Shown here: piece by piece, positions 35,503 through 49,068 of the stretch | Position numbering within the stretch: the stretch's first letter is position 1 | Layout of the letters: every line of letters starts with the position of its first letter | From: Torpedo marmorata | Lineage: Eukaryota | Length of the DNA: 64,000 nucleotides | Direction: 5' to 3' | Assembly (NCBI GenBank): GCA_977017645.1 | Contig: OZ360238.1 | Span: 1,488,001 to 1,552,000, forward strand | Notes under the pieces: model-generated | Database searches by the model: none | Told to the model about the DNA's origin: nothing | What the model saw: only the letters and a program-made list of their open reading frames with translations | Position numbers and translations under genes: made by a program

Positions 35503-37790
35503 TTGTCTTTGTTTTTAAATATTTTATTTAAAAAATTTTTAAATCACACATTACATAGTTTAAAATGCAAAATTATCAAATTACATGTGATACATTTTCA
35601 CCCTCACTCCCTAACCCTCCCGGAAAGAAAGAAAGAAGAAAAAGATAAAGTAAGGAGAATGTCACTCGAAAAAGAACAACTATAAACTGCATTTATTGTG
35701 GAACACAGGTTCGCCAGTCAGATCCAATATCCAGAGATTTTCAAATCCTTAAACCGACAGTTTTTATATATGGGCTCCATATTTTCAAAAAGAAATTATA
35801 TTTATTACGTAAATTATAAGTAATTTTTTCAAGTGGTATAGCTGAACGAAGTTCTGCATGCCATCTTTCTAATCCTAAATCTACATCAGATTTCCATGTA
35901 ATAGCAATGCATTTCTTAGAAACAGCTAAAGCAATACGTAAAAATTCTGTTTGATACATATTTAATTTCATCTTAACACTAATTCTTTTAATATCTCCAA
36001 ACAAAAATATCATAGGATCCATTGGGAGTGTAATTCTTAATACTTTATCTAAAAACTTTTTAACTTTCAACCAAAAATTATATATCTTTGGACAAAACCA
36101 TGTAGAATGTACAAAAGAACCTTCCCCTCTATTACATCTAAAACATAAACCGGATAATGACGGATTAAATTTCTTTAATTTTTTAGGTGTTAAATATAAT
36201 TGATGAAAAAAATTGTATTGCACTAATTTATATCTAACATTAATAATCTTCGTCATACTTTGTTTATATAATTCTTTCCATTGCTAAATGTGGATTATAA
36301 GATAATGGCGAAAATTTTAGCAAATAGAGTGGCTAAATATTTACCAGATTTAATCGACGTAGATCAAGCAGGTTTTATTAAGAATAGATATTCAAAAGAT
36401 AGTATAGCTGGATTAATTAGTTTAACAAATGTGGCACAAAAGAGAGAGGAATTAGCATTAGTATTAACATTAGATGCTGAAAAGGCTTTTGATAGATTAG
36501 AGTGGAATTATTTATTTAAAGTACTGGAAAAATTTGGTTTTGGAACTACATTTATTAATTGGATTAAAACTATATATAAAGAACCCTCTGCTAGAGTGGT
36601 AACAATTGGACAAATTTCTTCAAAATTTTCTTTGACTAGGTCAACCAGACAAGGATGTCCTTTGTCGCCAGCATTGTTTATTTTAGCAATAGAACCTTTA
36701 GCAGAATTAATTAGACAGGATATTAAGATTGTAGGTATTAAAGTTGGTAATGAAGAACATAAAATTAGTTTATTTGCAGATGACGTATTGATTTATATGA
36801 CAAAACCTATTAATTCTTTAATGCAATTGACTGTTTTATTGAGAGAATATGGGGAAATATCTGGTTATAAGATTAATTCTGATTAAAAGTGAAATTATGG
36901 CATTAACACAAGGGGATTATAGTAAATGTAAAGAAATTACACAATTTAAATGGTCAAAGGAAGGAATTAAATATTTGGGAATAAAGATTGAAGCAAAATT
37001 AACTAATCTATATAAATTAAATTATCTACCATTATTTATGAATATTAAAAAGGATTTGGAGAGTTGGAATGATTTACCTATAACTTTAATGGGAAGGGTA
37101 AATTGTATTAAAATGAATGTTTTTCCGAGAATTCAATATCTTTTTCAATCAATTCCTTATGAAATTCCTCAAAATTTTTTAAAGATTTAAATTTAATTAT
37201 TAGGAAATTCTTGTGGAAAGGAAAGTTGGCTAGAGTAGGTATGGAGAAATTAACTTGGAATTATGAAATGGATGGTTTACAACTTCCTAATTTTCAATAT
37301 TATTATAAAGCAGCCCAATTAAAATTTATTAATGAAATGTTTGATTTAGGAAAATTTTCTGCTTGGATTAGAATAGAATTAAATAATATAGGAGAAGATT
37401 TGAAAGAAGAAGTTATTTATAAATGGAATTCTAAATTATTATTAGCAAGAGGGAAAAACTCTCCTATTTTTAAGCATTTGTTAGAAATATGGAATAGAGT
37501 GGATAGAGAGATAGGAGCGAAAGGGCTAATTTCTCGAAAAATGCCTCTGTATCAAAATAAACTTATTCCATTTACTGTTGATAATCAATTATTTAAAATT
37601 TGGTTCCAAAGGGAATTAAGAAAATAAATGATTGTTTTGAAGCTAGTAAATTTATTACTTTTCAAAGAATGAAAGATAAGTTTAATGTATCAAATAATAC
37701 ACTTTTTGCTTATTATCAAATCAGAGCATTTTTAGTTGAAAGGTTGGGCTATAGTTTGACTTTACCAAGACGAAGTGAATTGGAATTATT
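35503..37790. mobile_element. 5'-inverted L1 (3' end 35503-36280 minus; RT region 36278-37790 plus)
   Basis: Plus strand LDAEKAFD, RQGCPLSP, LFADD; minus strand zinc finger and A-rich tail; junction at CCATTG. Confidence 0.85.
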
Positions 37791-38565
37791 CAAGATTCAA
37801 GATTCAATTTATTGTCATAGTAATAAGACAGTGTCATATTCCATGAAATTTCCTTTTGCCTGCTGCAAGGCAGACAGGTTCGCCACCGGCAGAAATTGCC
37901 TAAACGCCTCTAACATTCCTTACAGTCAGAGAAAGAGAAGCAAAAGAGAGTCCCCCCCAGAGTCACCGAGTGTCCATAGATTCACCTCCAGCACTTCCGC
38001 AGCCTCCGCAGCCACACAGAGTCCAGTCCAAATGATCGGCAACCCGAGCTCCAGATCCGAACCTCCAACACGGTCAGGTCGCCCTTGGCACCCCCTCGCA
38101 TCCCGGTTCCGATACCTGGTACTCCTCCAGCCAGTTCGAGCCAGCCTACAGCAGTCTCCAGCAGCCCACAGCCTCCGCGGGTTCCTCGCCTCGAGTCGCC
38201 AGCAGCCCACCGCATGCACTGGTCCTTCAGCCTCAGAGCCCCCTCACTGGTCCACCGCCGTGGTCACCGTCCCGTGGGTCGTCTCCTCTGCTTCTCTTTC
38301 TCGGTGGGGGGGGGGGTGATCTTCCCGTCCTCTGGTGCCCTGCTCCAGTCCTCCGCTTCCCTGGAATCTGCAGCCCCTCGTGGCTGCTGCCGGTTAAAAG
38401 GCGCTGCCATTTTGGGCGCAGACCCCGTGGTCGCGGGATCTTAAATAAAACCACCGTCGGCTCCTTTAACGGGCCGTTCAAAGCCCGTGTGGAACCGACG
38501 GCAGTCGACTGGGCGGTTGGACCCCGCGGGAGCGCTGTATCTCCGCTCCCACGCTCCCCGCGGGT
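37791..38565 (-). mobile_element. Family X retroposon
   Basis: Reverse complement of ~12330-13137; CAAGATTCAAGATTCAATTTATTG tail. Confidence 0.9.
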
Positions 38566-40293
38566 CTTGGATGTCATCTGCAAATTTATAGATGGAATAG
38601 GAACAGAGTTTGGCCGATGCAGTCCTAGGTGTACAGGAAGTGTAGTCGGGGGCTGACTTTGCAGTCTCACGGTGCATCAGCGTTGAGGATGATCGTGGAG
38701 GAGCTGATTGCAGCTGCAGGTCAGGATATCATGGATCCTGTACTCTCTGGAGTTTAGAAGGATGAGGGGGATCTCATCAGTCAGGAGATGGAAATTTGGA
38801 GTTCGAGGGTTAGTTTGGGGAATCAGGTGGTCAGGGTTAAGATTAGCTGGGGATTTGAAACTATAATTGCTCAGGAGCCTGTAGAAGCTCAATCATTGAA
38901 TGTGTTCAAAACTGAGCAATAGATTTTTAGATATTGAAGGAGGAAATCTTCATAGTATAAATTGACTGTAGAACAGTTTCCAAAGAAGCCAAGTATTTAG
39001 CTGATCTATAATTTGTTTATCGGTAGGGCATTTTGATTGTAGATGATATGGATTGAACAATATATTTTAACAAAAGCAATAGCCGTCTGGGCACACTGTA
39101 TAATAAACAGTTGAAGAAACACCATTATAAAGATGTCATGCTGGCCAAGAGGGTCGCTGCTCCTCCTGTTAAACAACAGTACTATTATTGATACTATATT
39201 GTCATAGAATTTGATACTGTTCCATTGTTGATGAGCAACATCAAAATGAGGCTTATCTTACTCTACATGCCCTCATTCTCCTGCTTGCACTGTAGTCCAA
39301 AAGGAGAATGTTTTCTCATGTCCATGGTTTGTGTAAGCCTTGAAATCAGCAATTGTCCCATATTTCCCTGTTGACCGTTGTAATTTGAAGCAACTATAGA
39401 AAGCATCACAGTTGGAGAATTCTACCCGCAACCAGAGAAATCGAATAACAATTAACACGTCACATAAAAACATAGGAAATTGAAGCAATGCTGGGCCATC
39501 CTTGTGCACCATTGATATTGTAATAGCTGATCATCTATCTCAGTATCTCTCCTGATACCCCTTGATGCCTTTTGTACCTAGGGATTTAACTATTGCTATT
39601 CTAAATATTTCTATTGAACTTAAAAGTATTCAGTAAATTTGCCTCTACAATGCTCCATGGCATGAATTCTACGTGTTCGACTTCCTTGGCATGAAGCAAT
39701 TTCTCCTTATCTCATTCCTAAATCTCTTGCACCAACCTGAAACTGGCTCCTTTTGGACATCCCAGCCAAGGAAAACATCCTCCCCACAATGTTTATTTGT
39801 TCATGGTTTATTGTTACGGGGACCATTTCGTTATGCATGCTACCCAGCCACCACAAAAAGGCACTGTGCTCTGGCACCATTTTGGATTCAGAAAATCACA
39901 TGGAAGAACAAAGTAACCAGTTTAATCATGACAATGGTCAAACTGGTTTTATACAATTTTAACATTGGCAAGCAAATGAATTTTATTCACATGGCTTCCT
40001 GTTACTCCAGGTCATCGACAAGTCGATGGGAATCCCGCACAGTTGCTCAGTGCCAACAGTCACATACCCTGTAATAGCAGCCTCTGTGGCCACAGTAACT
40101 GTCCTGCCAATAAACAGCTCACCCATACTTGTCTATTCTGTGTAGTCCTGGTAGAATTTTTAAAGTTTCAATTAAATCTCCTCCTATCCTTCTGAGTTAG
40201 TGAGCTAAATCATCGTCAATCTCATACTAGAACTGTTGAAAGATCCTTTAAACAGTGCTGATAGTAAAAAAGGGAGTGAACTAATGACCTAAT

Positions 40294-40545
40294 GTAAAGG
40301 TAAAAGGTAAAGGTTCCATTATTGTCACGTAATACTACATTTTAGAATGTAACATACATGAAATTCTTTAATTTTTGTCTACCGTAAAGCAGACAAGAGA
40401 GTCACTACTTTGTCCAGCGCCCCTCACAGAAACCTACAGCACCTGGTGTTCCTAGGCGGTCTCCCCTCCAAGTACTGACCGAATTGTGCCTGCTTAGCTT
40501 CCGAGATCAGACAATCCCAGTCGTATTCAGGCTATTGGTGCTGTA
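40294..40545 (-). mobile_element. 5S rRNA-derived SINE (SINE3-type), copy 1
   Basis: Minus strand GTCTGATCTCGGAAGCTAAGCAGG...AGTACTTGGAGGGGAGACCGCCTAGGAACACCAGGTGCTGTAGG matches 5S rRNA including the A and C boxes (40431-40545), followed by a LINE-like tail and (CCTTTA)n. Confidence 0.9.
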
Positions 40546-40558
40546 CATCACGTCCTTG

Positions 40559-40861
40559 CGAATCGGGATGCGAGGGGGTGCCGAGGGCGACCTGACCGTG
40601 TTGGAGCTCGGGATGCCGATGGTTTGGACTGGACTCTGTGTGGCTGCGGAGGCTACGGAAGCGCTGGAGGCGAATCTATGGACACTCAGTGACTCTGGGG
40701 GGACTCTCTCTTTTGCTTCTCTTTCTCTGACTGTAAGGAATGTTAGAGGCGCTTAGGCAATTTCTGCCGGTGGCGAATCTGTCTGCCTTGCGGAAGGCAA
40801 AAAAAATTTCATGGAATATGACACTGTCTTATTACTATGACAATAAATTGAATCTTCAATC
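40559..40861 (+). mobile_element. Family X retroposon, 3' fragment
   Basis: Matches 12818-13135 with a 14-bp internal deletion. Confidence 0.9.
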
Positions 40862-41324
40862 AAAGCAAGACTCCTTGGAATTTAAAGAAAATTACTTTTA
40901 TAATAATAGCTTCAAGTAAATATTTCTTGTCAAACAAAGTTCAAAATTAATATACAGATTTGTTTTAGTGAAGACATAATTGAGACATTATGCAATATAA
41001 TCCAATATAGAAATTCTGACAAATAAGCATCACACCCAGAATTCCTCACATTGCAAGGGGATGGCTACTTTATCATATTATTCAAAGATAATAATGAGAG
41101 CTTGACACTACTTAAAATGGCAGTGAGCAAGCTGGTCATCCCATTCCACTGTCATGTACCATCACCCTTTGACTACACATCAACCCAGGAGCAAACCTGC
41201 TTTTTTCCATCAGCCCAAAATTTAACTGCCAAAAGGCAAAACTTTATATGTACGACTGTTAGACTTAACAGAGTGATGTTAAAGGAAAACAGAAGTGCTG
41301 GAATGCAGCATCTTTCCTTGCATA

Positions 41325-41436
41325 CAGTTTTTTGCACTACTGATGAGTAGAAATTCTGCCTGGCCCGCAGGAAAGAGAATCTCAGGGTTGTATGTGATGT
41401 CATGCATGTACTCTGACAATAAATCTGAACTTTGAA
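41325..41436 (+). mobile_element. Rex1/Babar 3' tail fragment
   Basis: Near-identical to 21920-22030. Confidence 0.8.
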
Positions 41437-41614
41437 AGAGAAATCAGTTAACATTTCAGATCAGGGACCCTCCCTCAGAACAGAGGGATGAGTGGAGGAG
41501 TGTTAGTTTTCAAAGCAGAGCTGGGAGAAGGAGCAACAGTCCCTGTTTGGCAAGTATATCCTTTCTCAGAGAAGGAGACCAAAACTGCACGCAATAATCT
41601 TGTTGTGGCCTCAC

Positions 41615-43790
41615 TGTAGGGGTCCTCAATGATTTTGCGTGCCCTCTTCAGACAACGATACCAGTAGATCATGTCGATGGGGAGGAGGGATCCTCTCTGT
41701 TACTCTTATGATCCTGTGGATTGACCTCCGATCCAATCTCTGCAGCAACTGTACCACACTGTGATGCAGCCAGCCAGGACGCTCTTGATAGAGCTCCTGT
41801 CGAGACTGGACAGGATGGTGGCCGGTAGCCTTGCCTGCTTCAGTCTTCTCAGGAAGTGCAGTCGTTATTGCGCCTTCCTGACAAGTGAGGAGATATGTGT
41901 TCATGATTGGTCACTACTTAAGTGGACTCGGAGGAACTACTCTCTCTACTACCGAGCTATTAATGTGTAGTGGAGGGTGGTCGTCCCTGGTCCTCCTGAA
42001 GTCCACGATCATATCCTTTGTCTTGTCCATGTTGAGACTCAGGTTGTTATTCTCGCACCATTTCACGAGATTTTCCACCTCTTCCCTGTAGTGCGATTCA
42101 TTGTTGTTGCTGGCCAACTACTGTTGTGTCATCTGCAAACTACAGAGAGGGGTGTTGGGTCCCAGTAAGGACAGCTTCTCCATGAGTCTCTGAGGTATGA
42201 TTGTATTAGACACCGAGCTTAATTGTCAATGAACAACAGCCTGGCATATGAGGCTTTGTTCTCCAGGTGAGACAGGACGGAGTGGAAGGACAAGGCTATA
42301 GCATCATCAATAGAATGGTTCCATCTGTAGGCAAATTGAAATGGGTCTAGTGTCTCTGGGGAGTGCCTTTGATGCGTTCCATCACCAGACGCTCAAAGTA
42401 TTTCATAATGGTGGAGGTCAATGCCACTGGGCAGTAGTCATTGAGGCCTGTTACTGCCGCCCTATTTGGTACCCGGATAATGGTGGCCATCTTGAAACTT
42501 GCGGGGACGATGGATTGCTGCAATGACGTGTTGAAGATGTCCATAAGGACCTCTGTCAGTTGGTCTGCACAGTCCTTCAGTATCCAACTGGGTATGTTGT
42601 CTGGTTCTGCTGCCTTGTGAGGGTTCACCTTGGATAGGGTTCTCCTCACCTCGGCCACGGCAATGCAAGGGATCTATTCATCGGGGAGACGGAGCTTTCT
42701 TTGGCGTCAGCCTGTTCTCATCGAAGCGTGCGTAGATGTTGTTCAGGTTGTCCGGAATGGAGGTGTTGTTGTCTTTGACTCGCAAGGTTGGCTTGTGGTC
42801 TGTTATAGTTTTGATCCCTTGCCACGTGCGCCTTGTGTCACCAGTGTCGCATAGCTGACTGTGGATCTTCTGTGCATACCCACACTTTGGATTGCACAAG
42901 AGAGTTCAGCCCTGACTGATCTTAGTGCCACACTGTCTCCTGTTTTGAAGGCAGCATCACGAGCTCTGAGAACTGCACGGTCTTCTGCCTCCAACCATGT
43001 TTTCTGAACTCTCTTTTCCTTCTTTTTCTCTGACTGTAAGGAATGTTAGAGGCGCTTAGGCAATTTCTGCCGGTGGCGAATCTGTCTGCCTTGCAGCAGG
43101 CAAAAAGAAATTTCATGTAATATGACACTGTTTATTACTATGACAATAAATTGAATCTTGAATCTTGATTAGCCCTGGTTGCGTAGCATTTAATCTCTGT
43201 GACATCCTCTGCACTTGCTAACGTAGTCGGTCACTGAGCTTGTGTACTCCTCAATGTTTATATGGCCATTGTAGGTGGCTGTCTCCCTGAAACCGCTCCA
43301 GTCCGTAGTTTCAAAGCAATCCTGTAGCGCTGCTGTGCCCTCGCCCCACCCCGGCCATGTCCTGATCTCCCTGCAATCTAGCTTTGTTCTTTTTGCCAGC
43401 GGTCTGTATGCTGGGGTTAGCTGGATGGATATTATGTGAACCGAGTAACCAAGGTGAGGCGAGGGGCAGCAGGGACGTTGGTGTACACCTGATCTCAGGT
43501 GTAAGGTGTTCTCTCCTCTGGTGGCAAAGTCAACATGCTGTTGAAACTGTGGTAGAACTATTTTCATGTTGGCATGGTTGAAGTCGCCAGCTACAATCAT
43601 GGCACCATCAGGGTGGGAGGTCTGGGCTTCATAGATGGCACCATGAAGTTCCTTCATTGCTATACCCTTATTTGCTGAAGGCGGAATGTAAACTGCGGCA
43701 ATCAGCATGGCTGTGAACTCCCTGGGCAGATAGAAGGGTCTGCATTTCACCATCAGGTATCTCTGCTGAGCAGAATGTCTTTACAGCAAC
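41615..43790 (-). mobile_element. Rex1/Babar LINE, decayed (EN and RT)
   Basis: CRPFYLPREF...AVYIPP...AGDFNHA (43190-43753); NPHKAAEPDNIP...DYCPVALTS; WCENNNLSLN. Confidence 0.88.
43008..43168 (+). mobile_element. Family X retroposon, 3' fragment inserted in Rex1
   Basis: Same 3' sequence and (TTGAATC)n tail. Confidence 0.9.
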
Positions 43791-44546
43791 CTACCTTGGA
43801 GTTTGTTATAATTGCATTCAAAATATGGCATCTCTAACAGTGTAACATTTCCAAATTAATGCAGCGAAATGCAGTACTTATTGCATACTCAAATCCTGGA
43901 TTCAGGTTTGCACTTTTATGAATCAGCAAAATGATGCATTATTATAGAGCCAACAGTAAACTGGCGTCAACATTTTCCACTTCCCAAGAGATAAATGAGC
44001 TCCGAGTATTTGCCTCATTTTTAACTCTGTTAGCACAGAGCTGGCCTGTGTGCCTGGTGAATTGCCTTTAATGTTTAGCAGGAGTCTTCTGTCAAGTGAA
44101 GGTTGTTGCCATAGTTACAGGGCAGTCAGGCTTCTAAAGAGAATTTCTGCAGCAGAATGCTTGTCTCCATGGGGTAAAGGGAAAACAGTACTGGTCAGAG
44201 TCAGTGCAAGGATAAAAGGGGATGGTTGGAGTTGATCATCACAGCCCCAGGAGTTCCTCAGAGCAGTGTTCTTGGTTCAAACAACTTCAGCTGATGCATC
44301 ATTGACCCTCCATCATTCAAAGTGTGAATTGTTATTGATGATTCACAATGATTAATTCAATTTTCATTTCCTATATCCAGAAAGAGCGAGACGATAATTA
44401 GTCTTGGGCTGATAACTGATGACACTGATCTTTTCAATTGCCAGGCTTTGGAAATCTTCAGCAAGAGATGGTCAAACTAATTCCTCTTGATGTTCAGTGT
44501 TTGTACAATCGCTAAATCCCCAATTATTTACATTCTGAGAGTAAAC

Positions 44547-44868
44547 TGATTTCAGATTTCAGATTTATTGTCAGAGTACATACATGACATCACATACAAC
44601 CCTGAGATTCATTTTTCCTGCGGGCGCAGCAGAATTACCACTAATTGGTAGTGCAAAAAATAAACTGTACACAGCGTAAACATGTAAACAAACAAAGAAC
44701 TGTAAAAAGATAACGAATGTAAACAAACTGACTGTGCAATACAGAGAGAACAAAAGGAAAATCAATAAAGTGCACAAGTAAGAGTCCTTAAATGAGTCTC
44801 TGATTGAGTTTGTTGCTGAGGAGTCTGAGGGTGGAGGGGTAGCAGCTGTTCCTGAACCTGGTGGTGCA
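44547..44868 (-). mobile_element. Rex1/Babar 3' end
   Basis: Reverse complement of the 21750-22025 sequence; (CTGAAAT)n tail. Confidence 0.85.
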
Positions 44869-47792
44869 ATAGCCAAAGACTTACCTGGACCAGCAATAGA
44901 AATACTGTGACTGCGAGAGCAAGCCAGGAGGTGAGGATCCTGGGCACATGACTCAAATCCTAGCTTCCCAAATTCCTTCCATCATTATAACACGCCTGAT
45001 ATATGCCCATCACGTGGAATAAATCTCTGTATGATGAAACAAATGGCTTTCAACAGCACTTGAATCTTCATGCCATGTTGGACAAAGCAGTCTGCTGGAT
45101 TAGCACCTCAGTTCATCATCCTAATCATTAATTCTTTCCACCACCAGCATGACTGCGATGCATTTCGTTTCTAGAATGAAGTTCTACAAGTTGCTGTCAC
45201 ACCCAAACTGTCAGCCTTCAACACTTTGAAAAACAAGTACTGCAAGTACACAGGAACGCTTCTACTCCATGTTCCCCTCCAAGGTGCACAACATATCGAC
45301 TTTAAAGTAAATCACCATTCTTTCATTGTCACTGCGTCAAAATCCTGGGACACCTCTCAAACAGCATTGTAGGAATGCCTTTAGCAGGTGGACCTCAGTA
45401 TGATGCATCTCCACCAACTTCAGAAGGCTGCATAAGTATAGTCGTTAATCCTGCATTTGCCAATTATGCCCACATTCCATTGATTAACAACAAAAATAAA
45501 TCTTTCAGACCTGTGCATTTTTTAAATCTTGGAAGAAAGAAAGGTTTTAATGCATAGGGATTAACAAGTTGTGCCACAAAACCTGACTTGTTTTTGTGAT
45601 ATAGTTTGCCATCTAATGTCAGCTGACTGTTGGGATTGATTATATGCAGTTTAATGACCTATGTTACATGCAGAATTAGAGCAGGGGTGAGGCTCCAAAA
45701 CAAACCCACATGTGACAACGCTTGGGTATATTCAGTTCAGAAGACATGACATGGAAAGTAAATGGGTTCATGCTGAGCAGAAATGTATGAGTCTGACTGA
45801 AAATGACCTGAGAGAAATTGCACAGTGAGTAGAGGCTAAAGGCTTAGAATGGAACCATTTTGAATCTCTACCATCCCTAGTTAAAGTTATGCATTTATAT
45901 TTATAATTACATGAATCATGCCTGCAGTTTAGTTACTCACCCACTTCACTGTCACAGTTATATTCACCAATTTCAGGGTGCATTTCCAACTTCCTGCCTC
46001 AAACCATCCAACCTCACTTTCCTCCTTTAGCCTGTACTCCAGATGTATTCCCTTGTCAACGTGAACAGTGTTGTATCTTAACCTGTGTCGTGCCCACATT
46101 TCCTTGGTGTTACTCAATTGAATTATACTTCATCTTTTACTGGTGCAGCTTTTTACCTCATCTGCAATATTTCTACAACTAATTAAAAAGTATTTAAATG
46201 GACAACCTTACTTAATGTTTCCTTTATTCCACCCCCACCCCACCCCCGCGTTTCCAAGAGTTTCCTGAGATTAATCTTCAGTTTCTGAAGACTGTTGAAC
46301 AATTCTGCAGGGTGATCAACCTTGGTTGCAATACATGGGCTTGGTATTTACCCTTTTTATCCCCTGTAGTTAACCTTTTGCCTCTTTTCCTTGCTGTCTC
46401 TTTTACTCTGTATGGTTCTTGGCAATAGTTTCCAGTACGTGGCGATTGTTTAGAGAGTGCTGGCATCTTTACAGCCACAAAAAAAAAATCCTGATCCTAT
46501 TTTCAAAGTATGTCCACACATGCATTCCAGGGTCACCAAGACTCGAGGATCCTGGTGAGGCCAATTGTATCCGCACAGCTGCTACACTGATTGAAACGCC
46601 AACTCATCATGGATTAGAAATTCATCTTTGGGGCCATGGGGTACAGCAATTTACTAAATGAACTCACTTTCTGTGGGACTAGAAATAATATTTTAATTAT
46701 CATTTTTGGTTACAATTACAAGAAAGATATTCTTGCAACCAGATTGCACTTCGTGTAGATCAATTAGAGTTGGTAGAACAGTCAGCAAGGATTACATTCA
46801 TGTTGAACAAATTATAGTTAGAAAACACCAAGATAGTGTCGACTGAATAGTCCAGCGTCGAGCAACAGTTTGAATTTTAAGCTCACTTGGACAATTGCCT
46901 TTGAGAATGATACTTAACTTTTCCACTCAGTTATTTGCCTGTGTATTGTGAACCATAACAGTTACTTGCCTGTGGGTTGTGACCTCGAGAGGGATCAATG
47001 TCTTTGCGAGCAGGTTTGCTAGAGCGTTAGGGAAAGTTTAAGTTAACTAGGCAGGGGTGGGAACCAGAGTGTGAGGTCAGATGATGGAGCAGTTGGCGGT
47101 AAGATGGGTAGAATGTGCAGAGAGACTGTGAGGAAGTACAGGCAGTGGAGAGAGGATAAATGCAGTCAATTGGATGGGTCGAAATGTATTTACTGTAATG
47201 CTGGAAGTATTAAGAAAAAGAATGGTGAACGTTGCGACAGGCCACAACATCATAATTCTACATCAGTGGAATTATGATGTTGTGACCTGTCGCAACGGCA
47301 GGATTGGCTACTTGATATTTAGATGTTTCTAAAGGGATAGGGAAGGAGGTAAAAAGAAGGGGAGAGAGGCATTGCTATTCAGGGATAGTATAACAGCTGC
47401 AGAAAGGGAGGATGTTGTGGAGAGATCATCTACTGTCAGTGTGGGTGAAAGTCAGAAACAAGAAGGTAGCAATCAATCTATTGGGAGTATTCAAAAGGCT
47501 CCACAATTGCCAGCGGGACACTGAAGAACACATAAGTAGGCAGATTTTGGAATGATGAAAAATTAACAGGATTGTTGTCATGGAAAACATCAACTTCCCC
47601 AATATTGACTGGCACCTTTCTTATGTAAAAGGTTTAGATGGGGCAGAATTTGTTAGGTGTGTCCAAGAAGGATTCCTGACACAGTACGTGGACAGGCCAA
47701 CTAGACAAGAAGACATACTGGATATAGTACTGGGTATGAACCTGGTCAGGTGACAGAGCTCTCGGTGGGTGAGCATTTCGGAGACAATGACC

Positions 47793-49068
47793 ATAACCAT
47801 ATAACCATATAACAATTACAGCACAGAAACAGGCCAGTTCGGCCCTTCTAGTCCATGCCGAACACCTTCTCCCACCTAGTCCCACTGACCTGCACCCGGC
47901 CCATAACTCTCCACACCTCTCTCGTCCATATACCTATCCAACCTTTCCTTAAACATTACAATTGAACCTGCATCTACCACTTCGGTCGGAAGCTCGTTCC
48001 ACACTCCCACCACCCTCTGAGTGAAGAAATTCCCCCTCATGTTTCCTCTAAACTTTTCCCCCTTCAATCTCAATCCATGCCCTCTTGTTTGAATCTCCCC
48101 CACTCTCAATGGAAAAAGCCTGTCCACATTGACTCTATCTGTCCCCTTCATAATTTTAAATACTTCTTTCAAATCACCCCTCAACCTTCTACGCTCCAGG
48201 GAATAAAGTCCTAGCCTGCTCAACCTTTCCCTGTAGCTCAAACCCAGAAACCCTGGCAGCATTCTTGTAAATCTCCTCTGCACTCTCTCTATTCTGTTTA
48301 TATCCTTCCTATAATTCGGCGACCAAAACTGCACACAATATTCCAAATTTGGCTTCACCAATGCCTTATACAACTTCAACATGACATCCCAACTCCTGTA
48401 ATCAATACTCTGATTTATGAAGGCCAACATACCAAATGCTTTCTTCACCACCCTATCTACGAGTGACTCAACTTTCAGGGAATTATGTACCAGAATTCCT
48501 AAATCTCTCTGTTCTACTGCACTTCTCAATTGTCTTCCATTTAACATGTATGACCTTTGCTGATTAATCCTACCAAAATGTAGCACCTCACATTTATCAG
48601 TATTAAATTCCATCTGCCATGTTTCCGCCCACTCTTCTAACTGTCCTATATCCCCCTGCAAGCTTTGATAACCATCTTCACTGTCCACAACACCACCAAT
48701 CTTCGTATCATCTGCATACTTACTAATCCAATTTACCACCCTATCATCTAGATCATTAATATATATGACAAACAACAATGGACCCAGTACCGATCCCTGA
48801 GGCACTCCACTAGTCACCGGCCTCCAATTTGACAAACAATTTTCCACCACTACTCTGGCATCTCCTATCCAAACATTGTTGAATCCATTTCACTACTTTG
48901 ATGTTAATACCTAATGCTTGAACATTCCTAACTAGCCTCTTATGCAGAACCTTGTCAAATGCCTTACTAAAGTCCATATAGACAACATCCACAGCCTTCC
49001 CCTCGTCAACCTTCTTAGTAACCTCCTCGAAAAACTCTATAAGATTTGTCAAACATGATCTGCCACGA
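47793..49068 (-). mobile_element. Young CR1 3' fragment
   Basis: ORF 47876-48850 with GVPQGSVLGP and KYADDTK; (TTATATGG)n tail. Confidence 0.92.

Noticed and set aside
40431-40545. 5S rRNA gene
   Set aside because: Diverged 5' end, no oligo-T terminator, fused to a LINE-like tail and dispersed; treated as a SINE.
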